DNA from: Phycisphaerales bacterium JB052
GTDB taxonomy: Bacteria; Planctomycetota; Phycisphaerae; Phycisphaerales; UBA1924
Direction of reading: 5' to 3'
NCBI GenBank assembly: GCA_043100965.1
Contig: JBICHR010000001.1
Coordinates: forward strand, 159,278 to 223,277
DNA length: 64,000 nt
The translations under genes and the position numbers were made by a program. The notes under the pieces were generated by a model. It made no database searches. It was not told the origin of the DNA and saw only the letters and a program-made list of their open reading frames with translations. Of the stretch, positions 56,516 to 64,000 are shown piece after piece. The stretch's first letter is position 1; each line of letters begins with the position of its first letter.

Positions 56516-57394
56516 TTAACCGGGGATCGCAAGGAGCGGCACACGCGAACGATCGGAGACCACCACCCCGCCGGGGCGTTCAACGGTCACGGCGAAAGCC
56601 ACGCCCTGCTGCACCAGCAGCTTGGCATCGATCGGGATGACGACCTCGCCCGTGTCAGTGATATCAAAGACGCCGCCGTCGATCGGACGCTGGGTCAGCA
56701 AGCCACCGAATGCGTCTCCGTGCTGTGGCAGTTCACCGAGCGGACGCGTGGCATCGAAGATCCAGAGCTGGTACTGGAACTCCGTTGGGTCGTTGACTTC
56801 AAGGCCCGAGATGGTCATGTAGCCCTGATCGGTCGCCTCGTCCCAGATCAGCTCGCCACCGACCTCCCCCACCACCGCGGGGTCATCGGTCGGAGTCCAG
56901 CTGTATCGGAGCAGTGCATCGGGATCGGTCTGCTCGATGAGCTGATCACGCTGCTGCGCCAAGCTTGGCGGCACTGGGTTTGGCAAAACCGGGCTCGGCT
57001 GGGGTCGGAGCAGCATCACCCCTACGATCGCGACCGAAGCGGCGGCCACGAACCACGGTACCCATGCGGTACCACTCGGAGCTGGCGCGGGGGCTGCAGA
57101 AACCGGTTGAGGCGGGTCGGTCAGTTTGAGTTCCGGGCTCGTTTGCGCGATCTGACCGGAAGGGATCGCCGCAAAGAGGCGATCTTCGAGTCCCTCGGGC
57201 ATCTCGACCGGGTCGAGCTCGGCATAGGCCGCGTCGATCTCTGCTGCGACGGCTTCGAACGCCTCGCGTGCCATCGCGTCTGTATCCAGACGCTGCAACT
57301 CGCTAAGTTGATCCATATCAGACTGGCCAGCCGCGTAATCGGCACTGAGGTCGACCAGTCGCTCGCTGAAATCTTGTCGTTGCCGGTCACTCAT
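56516..57394 (-). CDS. Anti-sigma factor, RskA (anti-sigma-K)-like
   Basis: Helical cytoplasmic N-domain, a single TM (VPWFVAAASVAIVGVMLL), and an extracytoplasmic C-domain ending FAVTVERPGGVVVSDRSRVPLLA, typical of the RskA C-terminal domain. ATGA overlap with the sigma gene. Confidence 0.75.
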   Translation of the reverse strand: MSDRQRQDFSERLVDLSADYAAGQSDMDQLSELQRLDTDAMAREAFEAVAAEIDAAYAELDPVEMPEGLEDRLFAAIPSGQIAQTSPELKLTDPPQPVSAAPAPAPSGTAWVPWFVAAASVAIVGVMLLRPQPSPVLPNPVPPSLAQQRDQLIEQTDPDALLRYSWTPTDDPAVVGEVGGELIWDEATDQGYMTISGLEVNDPTEFQYQLWIFDATRPLGELPQHGDAFGGLLTQRPIDGGVFDITDTGEVVIPIDAKLLVQQGVAFAVTVERPGGVVVSDRSRVPLLAIPG

Positions 57395-57975
57395 CGCGAC
57401 ACCTCCTTGGATTCAGCAGGGAGTTGCGATGCTAATAGTGTGCGGACCTCATCGAGTCCGCGGCGAAGGTGTGCCTTCACGGTGCCCAGTGGCATGCCGG
57501 TTGATTCGGCGATCTGTGAGTGCGAGAGGCCGTGCACGATCGACAGCTCGATAGTCTGTCGACGCTCGGGGCGAAGCGAACGAAGTACGCCCATCACGCG
57601 GCCCGCGTTGCTGGTGTTGTCGAGTTGCTCGTTGTCCTGGGTCTCGCTGCACGCGCTCTGGGCGTTTGGTGCTTCGAGGGTCACCTGCGTCGGGGTTCTC
57701 CCGATACGCCGGATCTGGTCGATGATTCGTCTACGCGTGATCATGGCTACAAACGTGTCTTCCGATCCAACGCCGGCGTCGTACCGGTGAGCGCTCTTCC
57801 ACACATCGGCAAAGATCTCCTGAACCAGATCCTCTGCATCGCTCTGGGAACGGATCTTGCGACGCACGAGCGACCACACCAAACCGGAGTACCGCTTGAT
57901 AAGCGCACGCATCGCGTCCTGATCCCCATCAGCGACGCGCCGGAGCAGCGGTGCGGGTTGGTCAGTTGCGGTCAT
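57391..57975 (-). CDS. ECF (group 4) RNA polymerase sigma factor, SigK-like
   Basis: Region 2 ([31 protein letters not shown]) and region 4 HTH ([24 protein letters not shown]). Start placed at ATG 57975; the track ORF runs to 58083. Confidence 0.85.
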   Translation of the reverse strand: MTATDQPAPLLRRVADGDQDAMRALIKRYSGLVWSLVRRKIRSQSDAEDLVQEIFADVWKSAHRYDAGVGSEDTFVAMITRRRIIDQIRRIGRTPTQVTLEAPNAQSACSETQDNEQLDNTSNAGRVMGVLRSLRPERRQTIELSIVHGLSHSQIAESTGMPLGTVKAHLRRGLDEVRTLLASQLPAESKEVSR

Positions 57976-58384
57976 ACGGTTGCGTGTCCTGTGCCCGGTT
58001 AGCGTTCGTGGTTGCGATCGCGATGTGTGTCTTGGTCGCGGGAGCGTCGGTGCGTACTCAATCATAGCCAGCCCCTTCACCACACGGTGCTCGTCGGCAA
58101 ACGACTGCGATGGGCTCGGTAGAAAGGGTTCGGCGCATGCGTCTGATTTCGTTGCGCTTCCACATTCAGACGCGGATATTCGCAGAAGAAATCGGCAGTA
58201 TCAGCCGCTGGGAACGATCGCGTTATTTTCTCGGCTGCGTTGCATCGGGATCGATTCACCCCCCGAACCCAAGCCCGACTCGCCGCGATGTCCGGACCGC
58301 CCCACGATGTGCATCAAAGGGCTGCAATCAAAGCGAGCCACACTCGACCCGAACAACACACTCCAGAACGAGGAGGACCAACCA

Positions 58385-59356
58385 ATGAATCACAAAGCCA
58401 TCACCATCGCAGCGGGCACCGTACTCGCCACCGCACTGACCACCACACTCGCAGGCCCTGGCTCGAGTTGCTCGAGCGATAGCTCAGCAACCAAGCAGGC
58501 CAACACCACCGCTGAAATGACGCGTGTCAGCTACACGGCCAAGAAGGACATCATCGGTACGGCCGTCGCAGCGGGCAGCTTTAATACCCTCGCGGCTGCG
58601 CTCACCGAGGCCGACCTGATCGGCGCACTCAAGGGCAAAGGCCCCTTCACGGTGTTCGCTCCGACCGATGAGGCGTTCGCCAAGCTGCCGAAGGGTACTG
58701 TCGAGTCGCTGCTCAAGCCCGAAAATCGCGACATGCTCATCAGCATCCTTACGTACCATGTTGTCCCGGGCGAACTCGACGCGGGTGAGGTACTGGGCAG
58801 CGCCACGCTCACCACACTCAACGGACAACGCGTTGATATCAGCAAGAAGGATGCCTCGATCGACGGGGTCAGTATCGTCAAGACAGACATCGAATGCACC
58901 AACGGCGTCATCCATGTCATCGATGAGGTGATCCTGCCCCAGAGCGATTCAATCCTCGAGATCGCCTCCTCAGCAGGATCCTTCAACACCCTCGCCGCAG
59001 CGCTCGAAGCCGCCGACCTGATTGACGCGATCAGTGGCGATGGCCCGCTGACAGTCTTTGCCCCTACGGATGAAGCTTTCGCAGCGCTCCCAGATGGGAC
59101 GCTGGACATGCTGCTCCAGCCAGAGAACAAAGACAAACTGCGTTCGATCCTGCTTTACCATGTCGTTGAAGGGCGTGTGTACGCCGACCAGGCGATCGAA
59201 GCGGGCGAAGCCGCCACACTTCAGGGTGGCGAAGTGAAGATCAAGAAGAGCTGGGGCGATGTCAAGGTCAACGACGCCAAGGTCGTCACCCCGGACCTCG
59301 AAGCCAGCAACGGCGTTATTCATGTGATCGACCGTGTGATCCTGCCCAAGGGCTGA
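58385..59356 (+). CDS. Secreted tandem fasciclin (FAS1) domain protein
   Basis: AGGAGG then ATG 58385, with a signal/lipoprotein-like leader ([13 protein letters not shown]). Two FAS1 repeats, each with FNTLAAAL, G(P)(F/L)[11 protein letters not shown], LxYHVV and NGVIHVID. Confidence 0.85.
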   Translation: MNHKAITIAAGTVLATALTTTLAGPGSSCSSDSSATKQANTTAEMTRVSYTAKKDIIGTAVAAGSFNTLAAALTEADLIGALKGKGPFTVFAPTDEAFAKLPKGTVESLLKPENRDMLISILTYHVVPGELDAGEVLGSATLTTLNGQRVDISKKDASIDGVSIVKTDIECTNGVIHVIDEVILPQSDSILEIASSAGSFNTLAAALEAADLIDAISGDGPLTVFAPTDEAFAALPDGTLDMLLQPENKDKLRSILLYHVVEGRVYADQAIEAGEAATLQGGEVKIKKSWGDVKVNDAKVVTPDLEASNGVIHVIDRVILPKG

Positions 59357-59395
59357 TCGCACAACTAGACCCCTGTGTGTGGGGAGTTGCCAGTG

Positions 59396-59431
59396 CCGAC
59401 GGCGTTCATGTGAACGCCGTCGGTCGTTTTT
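59396..59431 (+). terminator. Rho-independent terminator after the fasciclin gene
   Basis: Long hairpin ccgacggcgttca/tgaacgccgtcgg followed by tcgTTTTT. Confidence 0.75.
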
Positions 59432-59510
59432 GTATGTGAACACAGTCCTACTCATGATCACGGGAATTGCCCGTGGAATGCACAGCACGCACCGTGGAAC
59501 TCGTTCCGGC

Positions 59511-60935
59511 TCAGCTCTTGATCTGCTCCAACGCCGCGAGCGCATCCAGCCGTGCCTGTTTGTGATCGACCATTGGCTCGGGATAGTCTTCACCAAGCGT
59601 GATACCCGCGGCCATAAGCTCCATGGGCTCGGCCTCCCAGGGCGCATGGATCGAACGCTTGTCGAGCTTGGACAGCTCTGGGCACCACCGTCGCACATAA
59701 TCCCCGTTGGGATCGAACTTCTGGCCTTGTGTCACCGGGTTGAAGACGCGAAAGTACGGGGCCGCATCGGCACCGCATCCCGCCGTCCACTGCCAGCCGA
59801 GCGTGTTGCTGCCCAGGTCCGCATCGACCAGCGTGTCCCAGAACCATTCCATCCCCTCTTTCCAGCTGATGCGGAGATCCTTGCACAGGAATGATGCGAC
59901 GATCATGCGAGCACGGTTGGGCATCCAACCCTCAGCCCACAGGTTCCGCATCGCGGCATCGACAACAGGGTATCCCGTCTGCCCCCGCTTCCAGCGATCG
60001 AAGGCCTTCGTATCGCTGACCCATGGGAACTTCTGGAACTGTTCACGCAACGGCTCGTCGACCGTACGCGGGAAGTGGTTGATCAGGTGCTGGGCAAACT
60101 CACGCCAGCCGATCTCACGCAGGTAGTGCTCTTTCCCCTTGACCTTGGCCCAGTTCGGATCCTGCGTGATGGTGTTCCAGACGCGCCGCACCGAGATCTC
60201 ACCAAAGTGCAGGTGCGGAGACATGGCGCTCCAGCCCGGGATGTCCAGTCGGTTGCGGTCCTCGGCATAGTCATCGATGCGCTCCTCAACGAAGGCATCG
60301 AAGCGCTCGTGGGCACCCGTCTCGCCGGGCGTCCAGCGTTCATCCATCTGCGAATACCACTCGATGGCCGGCAAAAGCTCGAGTTCATCGATCTCGAGCG
60401 ACTTGGTATGCCTGTCGGGCGCGCTGAGTCTGCTCGGCGCATCGAGTGGCTGGGCAACCTCGGCGGTCTTGAGCGCCATCTTCCAGAATGCGGTGAACAC
60501 CTGGTAGGGATTCCCATCCTTGGTCATCACCGACCCGATGTCCCAGAGCAGATCCATTGCAAACCGTTCGACCTCGATGTCATGCCGGCCGAGTTCGTGC
60601 TCGACCTCCTCATTCCGCATCTGCAAATCGGGCTCGATCGATTCGCAGAACATGACGCGATCGGCCCCCACCGCATTGGCCACCTTTCGCAGTTCCGTGG
60701 CCGGATCACCCGTTCGCACGATCAGCGGCGATCCCAGTGTCTCCAGCTGCTCGCTCAGAGCCTGCAAGCTCCGATGGACCCACCATTTGGTGGCCCCGCC
60801 CATCGCTGACGGTCCCGTATATTCAGTCTCAAGCACATACACGGGCACAACATGGCCCCGCTGTGCGGCCGCGTGAAGCGCGGGATGATCGTCGGTCCGG
60901 AGGTTCTGTGTATACCAAACGATCGTTGTGCCCAT
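59511..60935 (-). CDS. phrB: Deoxyribodipyrimidine photolyase (cryptochrome/photolyase family)
   Basis: 474 aa. N-terminal IVWYTQNLRTDDHPAL. FAD-binding C-domain TGYPVVDAAMRNLWAEGWMPNRARMIVASFLCKDL...WFWDTLVDADLGSNTLGWQW. Confidence 0.9.
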   Translation of the reverse strand: MGTTIVWYTQNLRTDDHPALHAAAQRGHVVPVYVLETEYTGPSAMGGATKWWVHRSLQALSEQLETLGSPLIVRTGDPATELRKVANAVGADRVMFCESIEPDLQMRNEEVEHELGRHDIEVERFAMDLLWDIGSVMTKDGNPYQVFTAFWKMALKTAEVAQPLDAPSRLSAPDRHTKSLEIDELELLPAIEWYSQMDERWTPGETGAHERFDAFVEERIDDYAEDRNRLDIPGWSAMSPHLHFGEISVRRVWNTITQDPNWAKVKGKEHYLREIGWREFAQHLINHFPRTVDEPLREQFQKFPWVSDTKAFDRWKRGQTGYPVVDAAMRNLWAEGWMPNRARMIVASFLCKDLRISWKEGMEWFWDTLVDADLGSNTLGWQWTAGCGADAAPYFRVFNPVTQGQKFDPNGDYVRRWCPELSKLDKRSIHAPWEAEPMELMAAGITLGEDYPEPMVDHKQARLDALAALEQIKS

Positions 60936-61047
60936 CGTGAATCACCTGCTGAGGGAGTTTGCGTATCCAGCACATCGCTGGGACCAGACACTTGGATGCA
61001 TGAAAGTCGGAACTGTAGAGAAACAACCATAACAGGAGCGAGACCCC

Positions 61048-61722
61048 ATGAACAAGTTCACCACCATCACCGCCCTGCTGCTCGCCAGCACCATCGCCCA
61101 GGCCGACACGACCCAGAACGGGCCCAGCAACTACACCATCGATGAGGGGGTCAGCTTCTCGCTGGGCAATCTTGGCCCGAACGATTGGCTGTTCAGCTGG
61201 AGCGATAGCTCGGGCACCTTCACCGAAGTTGCCGACCCGACGATCACCCTGACCGCCGGCCAGACCTACATCTTTGACAATCTCACGACCATCCACCCAT
61301 TCGTCATCACCGATGACACACTGGTGGTCAACGGCACCGACGGCGATTTCAGCCGAGAAACATTCGATGGCCCGGTCATCGACGCCGCAACGCTCCAGCC
61401 CATGGCGGACTTTACCGCCGATCCCGAACCGGCCGACGATGTGATCTCATGGACGCCTAGCGACAGCGACGCCGGCGAGTACTGGTACACATGCCGCATT
61501 GCCGGGCACGCGGGGATGACGGGCAAGCTGGTGATCGTCGAGGCCCCCGCCTCGTGCCCGGCGGACCTGACCGGTGAGGGCGAGCTGAACTTCTTCGATG
61601 TCAGTGCCTTCCTCGCCGCGTTTGCTGCCGGCGACCCAGCCGCCGATTTCACTGGCGATGGCATGTACAACTTCTTCGATGTCAGCGCGTTCCTTGGCGC
61701 CTTCGCTGCTGGCTGCCCCTGA
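61048..61722 (+). CDS. Secreted cupredoxin-like (type-1 copper) protein with C-terminal dockerin-like module
   Basis: Signal peptide MNKFTTITALLLASTIAQA. HPF...YWYTCRIAGHAGMTGKLVIV supplies a His...Cys-x4-His-x2-Met ligand pattern. 55-aa Cys-bracketed tail. Confidence 0.65.
   Translation: MNKFTTITALLLASTIAQADTTQNGPSNYTIDEGVSFSLGNLGPNDWLFSWSDSSGTFTEVADPTITLTAGQTYIFDNLTTIHPFVITDDTLVVNGTDGDFSRETFDGPVIDAATLQPMADFTADPEPADDVISWTPSDSDAGEYWYTCRIAGHAGMTGKLVIVEAPASCPADLTGEGELNFFDVSAFLAAFAAGDPAADFTGDGMYNFFDVSAFLGAFAAGCP
61555..61719 (+). other. Cys-bracketed twin dockerin/EF-hand-like C-terminal module (copy in the cupredoxin)
   Basis: CPADLTGEGELNFFDVSAFLAAFAAGDPAADFTGDGMYNFFDVSAFLGAFAAGCP. Same organisation as 51442-51612. 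Confidence 0.7.
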
Positions 61723-62029
61723 TCGTCGCGATCAATTCGGACACCGAATCAGGAGCCGAGGGGGCTCCCGTACGCATCCCAGGCACTGCCTGGGGTGTTT
61801 TTTGGCGCTTACACACCGATTCCGGGTGGATGCAACCTCAGCCGGTCCTTGTGCGTACCGATAGCTGTCGGGTAGACTGGTCGATGACAACCGCCCCGAC
61901 GCGACGCCCGATGCTGGTGGAGTGGGATCCACACCAGACATCGCGGGGCAGACGCAGCTCGATTGGCATTCGCTGGGGCATGCCGACGAAGCGACACACA
62001 CCGATCCATACACCGGGAGACTTGCTCAT

Positions 62030-62959
62030 ATGACGCTCAAACCTCGCGCTCGAACACTGACTTCACTCGCATGCGCGGCCCTCACTGGCGCAGGCTTGCC
62101 GATGATCGCGACCGCAGCGATTTCCTTGAGCAGCACCTCCCTGATCGCCCAGGTCTCAACCAAGACTGATGACCATGAGTCGCGAAAGACCAAACGCGAC
62201 TTGCTGATCAAGCTTTCGAAACCGATCACCGTCGATGTCGAGAACCAGCCCATCACCGACCTCTTCGATTTCATCGCTGATGTGACGGGGGCTGAGCTGG
62301 AACCGATCTATCTCAATGACAACATCTCAGCCGACGGCATCGACCCCGAGACCGAGATCACCATCAAGGTCACCGAAGTCGCTGCCCTGACCGTTTTGGA
62401 ACGCATCCTGGCCCGCGCCCAGCGCAGCGCCGGGCTTGGGCAGGAGTACACCTGGCAGTTCACCGAATACGGGACGATCGAGTTCGGCCCCAAATCAGAG
62501 CTGAACCGGAACAAACGCTTGGAGCTCTATGAGGTGGCCGACCTGCTCTATGTCGTGCCAGACTTTACCGGCGCGCCGGACTTCGACCTGCAGAGTGCCG
62601 TGCAGGCCGCCGGCGGGGGCGGGGGCGGAACCAGCAGCCCATTCAGCGGCGGCGGAAACAACGACGCTGATTCCAAAACACTTGAAGAACGCGCCCAGGA
62701 ACTCTCTGACTTGATCACTTCCGCGGTCGAGCCAGACCAGTGGGCCGAGCTCGGTGGCGACGGTGCCACGATCCGATTCTACAACAAGTCCTTCATTATC
62801 ACCGCCCCGGATTACATCCATCGCCAGATCGTCGGCTACGACTTCTGGCCCAGCAAGCTCCAGCAGGTCAAGAAGGTCGACGGGCGTCAGACCACCGTCA
62901 TCAAGCCGTACACAAAGACCGGCTCAAAGAGCCGTTCGAAGACTTCTTCGCAGCCCTGA
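62030..62959 (+). CDS. Hypothetical secreted protein
   Basis: 309 aa from ATG 62030. Signal-like leader (LTSLACAALTGAGLPMIATAA), a Gly-rich segment (AAGGGGGGTSSPFSGGGNND), and a basic Ser/Lys tail. KPITVDVENQPITDLFDFIADVTG weakly recalls secretin/STN N-domains. Confidence 0.45.
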   Translation: MTLKPRARTLTSLACAALTGAGLPMIATAAISLSSTSLIAQVSTKTDDHESRKTKRDLLIKLSKPITVDVENQPITDLFDFIADVTGAELEPIYLNDNISADGIDPETEITIKVTEVAALTVLERILARAQRSAGLGQEYTWQFTEYGTIEFGPKSELNRNKRLELYEVADLLYVVPDFTGAPDFDLQSAVQAAGGGGGGTSSPFSGGGNNDADSKTLEERAQELSDLITSAVEPDQWAELGGDGATIRFYNKSFIITAPDYIHRQIVGYDFWPSKLQQVKKVDGRQTTVIKPYTKTGSKSRSKTSSQP

Positions 62960-63009
62960 CCCCGCTCAGCCACACTCTCTTGAATCAACTCCATAACGCT
63001 CCTCTCTCG

Positions 63010-63039
63010 CAGTCGACCCACACCGTCGGCTGTTTTTTT
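63010..63039 (+). terminator. Rho-independent terminator
   Basis: cagtcgac-ccacacc-gtcggctg (one mismatch) followed by TTTTTTT. Confidence 0.7.
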
Positions 63040-63087
63040 GCGTATGAGCAACCAGACACCCGACGATGAGGTACATTCAAATATCCA

Positions 63088-64000
63088 ATGAGCACGGCCC
63101 AGATCAAAATCATGACCGATCGCGAATGTGATCACTGTGGTTACAACCTCAAAGGCCTGCCCGTTGAGGGCAAATGCCCCGAGTGCGGGGCCCCGATCAG
63201 GCGGCTCTCGTTGCGCACATCGGGCACGATGACCGACGAGGCCCCCACCCGCTTCGTGCGAAAAATGAGAATGGGCTTTGCCTTTGCCAGCGCCGCGATC
63301 ATCGGCAGTCTCTTGGTCAAAGTCTTTTCGCTCTACCCCCTCCTGAACATCCCGCTCGCATGCCTTTGGGTTGCGGGCATTTTCATCATCACCTCCCAGC
63401 GCCCGGGCAAGGGGCACATTCGGCCAGACAAGGTCCTCGACAATGATCGCCTGCGATTGATCGTGCGTGTCGCCAATCTCACATGGCCCGCACGCACCCT
63501 GATTACGGCCGCGATCTTTGCCCTCCAGAGCAACCCAGCCGGGGGCAGCGTCAACGCCATCAACGCCTTGGCCGTCCTCGGCACGATTGTTCAGATCGCT
63601 TCGTGGATCTGCATGATCCCCACCAGCATCTACCTTGCCGAACTCGCATACTGGGCTTCGCACGACAACCTCGCGTACCGCATGCGTGGGGCGGCGTGGA
63701 TCCTTGCCGTCATCGGCACACTCGTTGCCGTCATGACCGGGCTGGGGATCGTGCTCAGCAGTCCACTCATACTGGCGCTCACCTTCCTCCCGGCTGTGAT
63801 CGTGCTGATCACCATTCTGGTATACAACTTCACATTCATCCAGATGACCCTGGTGATGCATCATGTGATCTACCACCAGCACCTCGTCGCGACCTCGTTC
63901 GAACGCAAAGAGGAGCGCCGAAAGAAAGAAGAACAATACAAAGGCCGCATCGTGGACGACATGCCGTGCGATCGGTGCGGGTACAACCTGATCGGGCTCG
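63088..64000 (+). CDS. Polytopic membrane protein with N-terminal CxxCGYNL...CPECG zinc ribbon and a second ribbon starting at the window edge (3' end outside window)
   Basis: Absent from the ORF track (no stop in the window). I translated frame 1 from ATG 63088 (in-frame TGA at 63067) to 64000 with no stop: MSTAQIKIMTDRECDHCGYNLKGLPVEGKCPECGAPIRRL..., then at least 5 hydrophobic helices, then ERKEERRKKEEQYKGRIVDDMPCDRCGYNLIGL... The opposite-strand 349-aa ORF (62887-63936) is Asp/Glu/Gly/Arg-rich antisense noise. Confidence 0.7.
   Translation, partial: MSTAQIKIMTDRECDHCGYNLKGLPVEGKCPECGAPIRRLSLRTSGTMTDEAPTRFVRKMRMGFAFASAAIIGSLLVKVFSLYPLLNIPLACLWVAGIFIITSQRPGKGHIRPDKVLDNDRLRLIVRVANLTWPARTLITAAIFALQSNPAGGSVNAINALAVLGTIVQIASWICMIPTSIYLAELAYWASHDNLAYRMRGAAWILAVIGTLVAVMTGLGIVLSSPLILALTFLPAVIVLITILVYNFTFIQMTLVMHHVIYHQHLVATSFERKEERRKKEEQYKGRIVDDMPCDRCGYNLIGL

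Noticed and set aside
58211-58215. GGAAC pentamer as an ECF -35 element upstream of the fasciclin gene
   Set aside because: I found no convincing -10 (CGT-type) element at 16-17 nt spacing. A single pentamer is not evidence.
62887-63936. 349-aa ORF on the - strand
   Set aside because: The translation is Asp/Glu/Gly/Arg/His-rich with no hydrophobic core pattern. The + strand frame encodes zinc ribbons and clean TM helices and stays open to the window end.
1-64000. Search for CRISPR arrays, IS elements/transposases, integrases, prophage genes, rRNA, tmRNA, RNase P and SRP RNA
   Set aside because: I saw no regularly spaced direct repeats, no terminal inverted repeats flanking a transposase-like ORF, and none of the hallmark RNA motifs by eye. 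Absence is by inspection only and should be confirmed with dedicated tools.

Overview
GC-rich bacterial chromosomal segment. The gene content points to Planctomycetota, probably a Phycisphaerae-like organism. This rests on prepilin-leader/DUF1559-type proteins, PEP-CTERM tails and Cys-bracketed dockerin-like tails, and is an inference, not a database result. I support about 58 protein-coding genes, one tRNA-Thr(CGU) and about 17 rho-independent terminators. I saw no rRNA, CRISPR array, transposase, integrase or phage genes.

Most genes are housekeeping:
- Fe-S assembly: iscU, iscA.
- Redox: trxB, trxA, a TlpA-like redoxin, an AhpD-like protein.
- Nucleotide metabolism: dcd-nrdJ, pyrD, cmk.
- tRNA modification: mnmG, truB.
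- DNA repair: mutS, photolyase.
- Other: mdh, plsC, a sigma-70 factor.

Many long ORFs in the track are antisense artefacts typical of high-GC DNA, for example the 1461-aa ORF opposite nrdJ.

Items worth a second look:
1. A family of membrane proteins carrying a CxxC...CPECG zinc ribbon. It appears as four tandem, translationally coupled paralogs (45803-47974) and at two further loci (29274-30038, and 63088 to the window end, which the ORF track missed). This is my best candidate for an undescribed system.
2. A lipoprotein FlgI (P-ring)-like protein with a HEAT-like insertion, near a minimal flagellin-like gene and a GT4 glycosyltransferase, outside any flagellar operon.
3. An apparently non-coding, hairpin-rich gap of about 1 kb upstream of dcd-nrdJ.
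4. A 1039-aa membrane-anchored repetitive beta-rich protein.
5. A Cys-bracketed twin dockerin-like tail shared by an M43 protease and a cupredoxin.
6. A SigK/RskA-type ECF pair divergent from a fasciclin gene.

All functional calls come from reading motifs in the translations. No searches were run.
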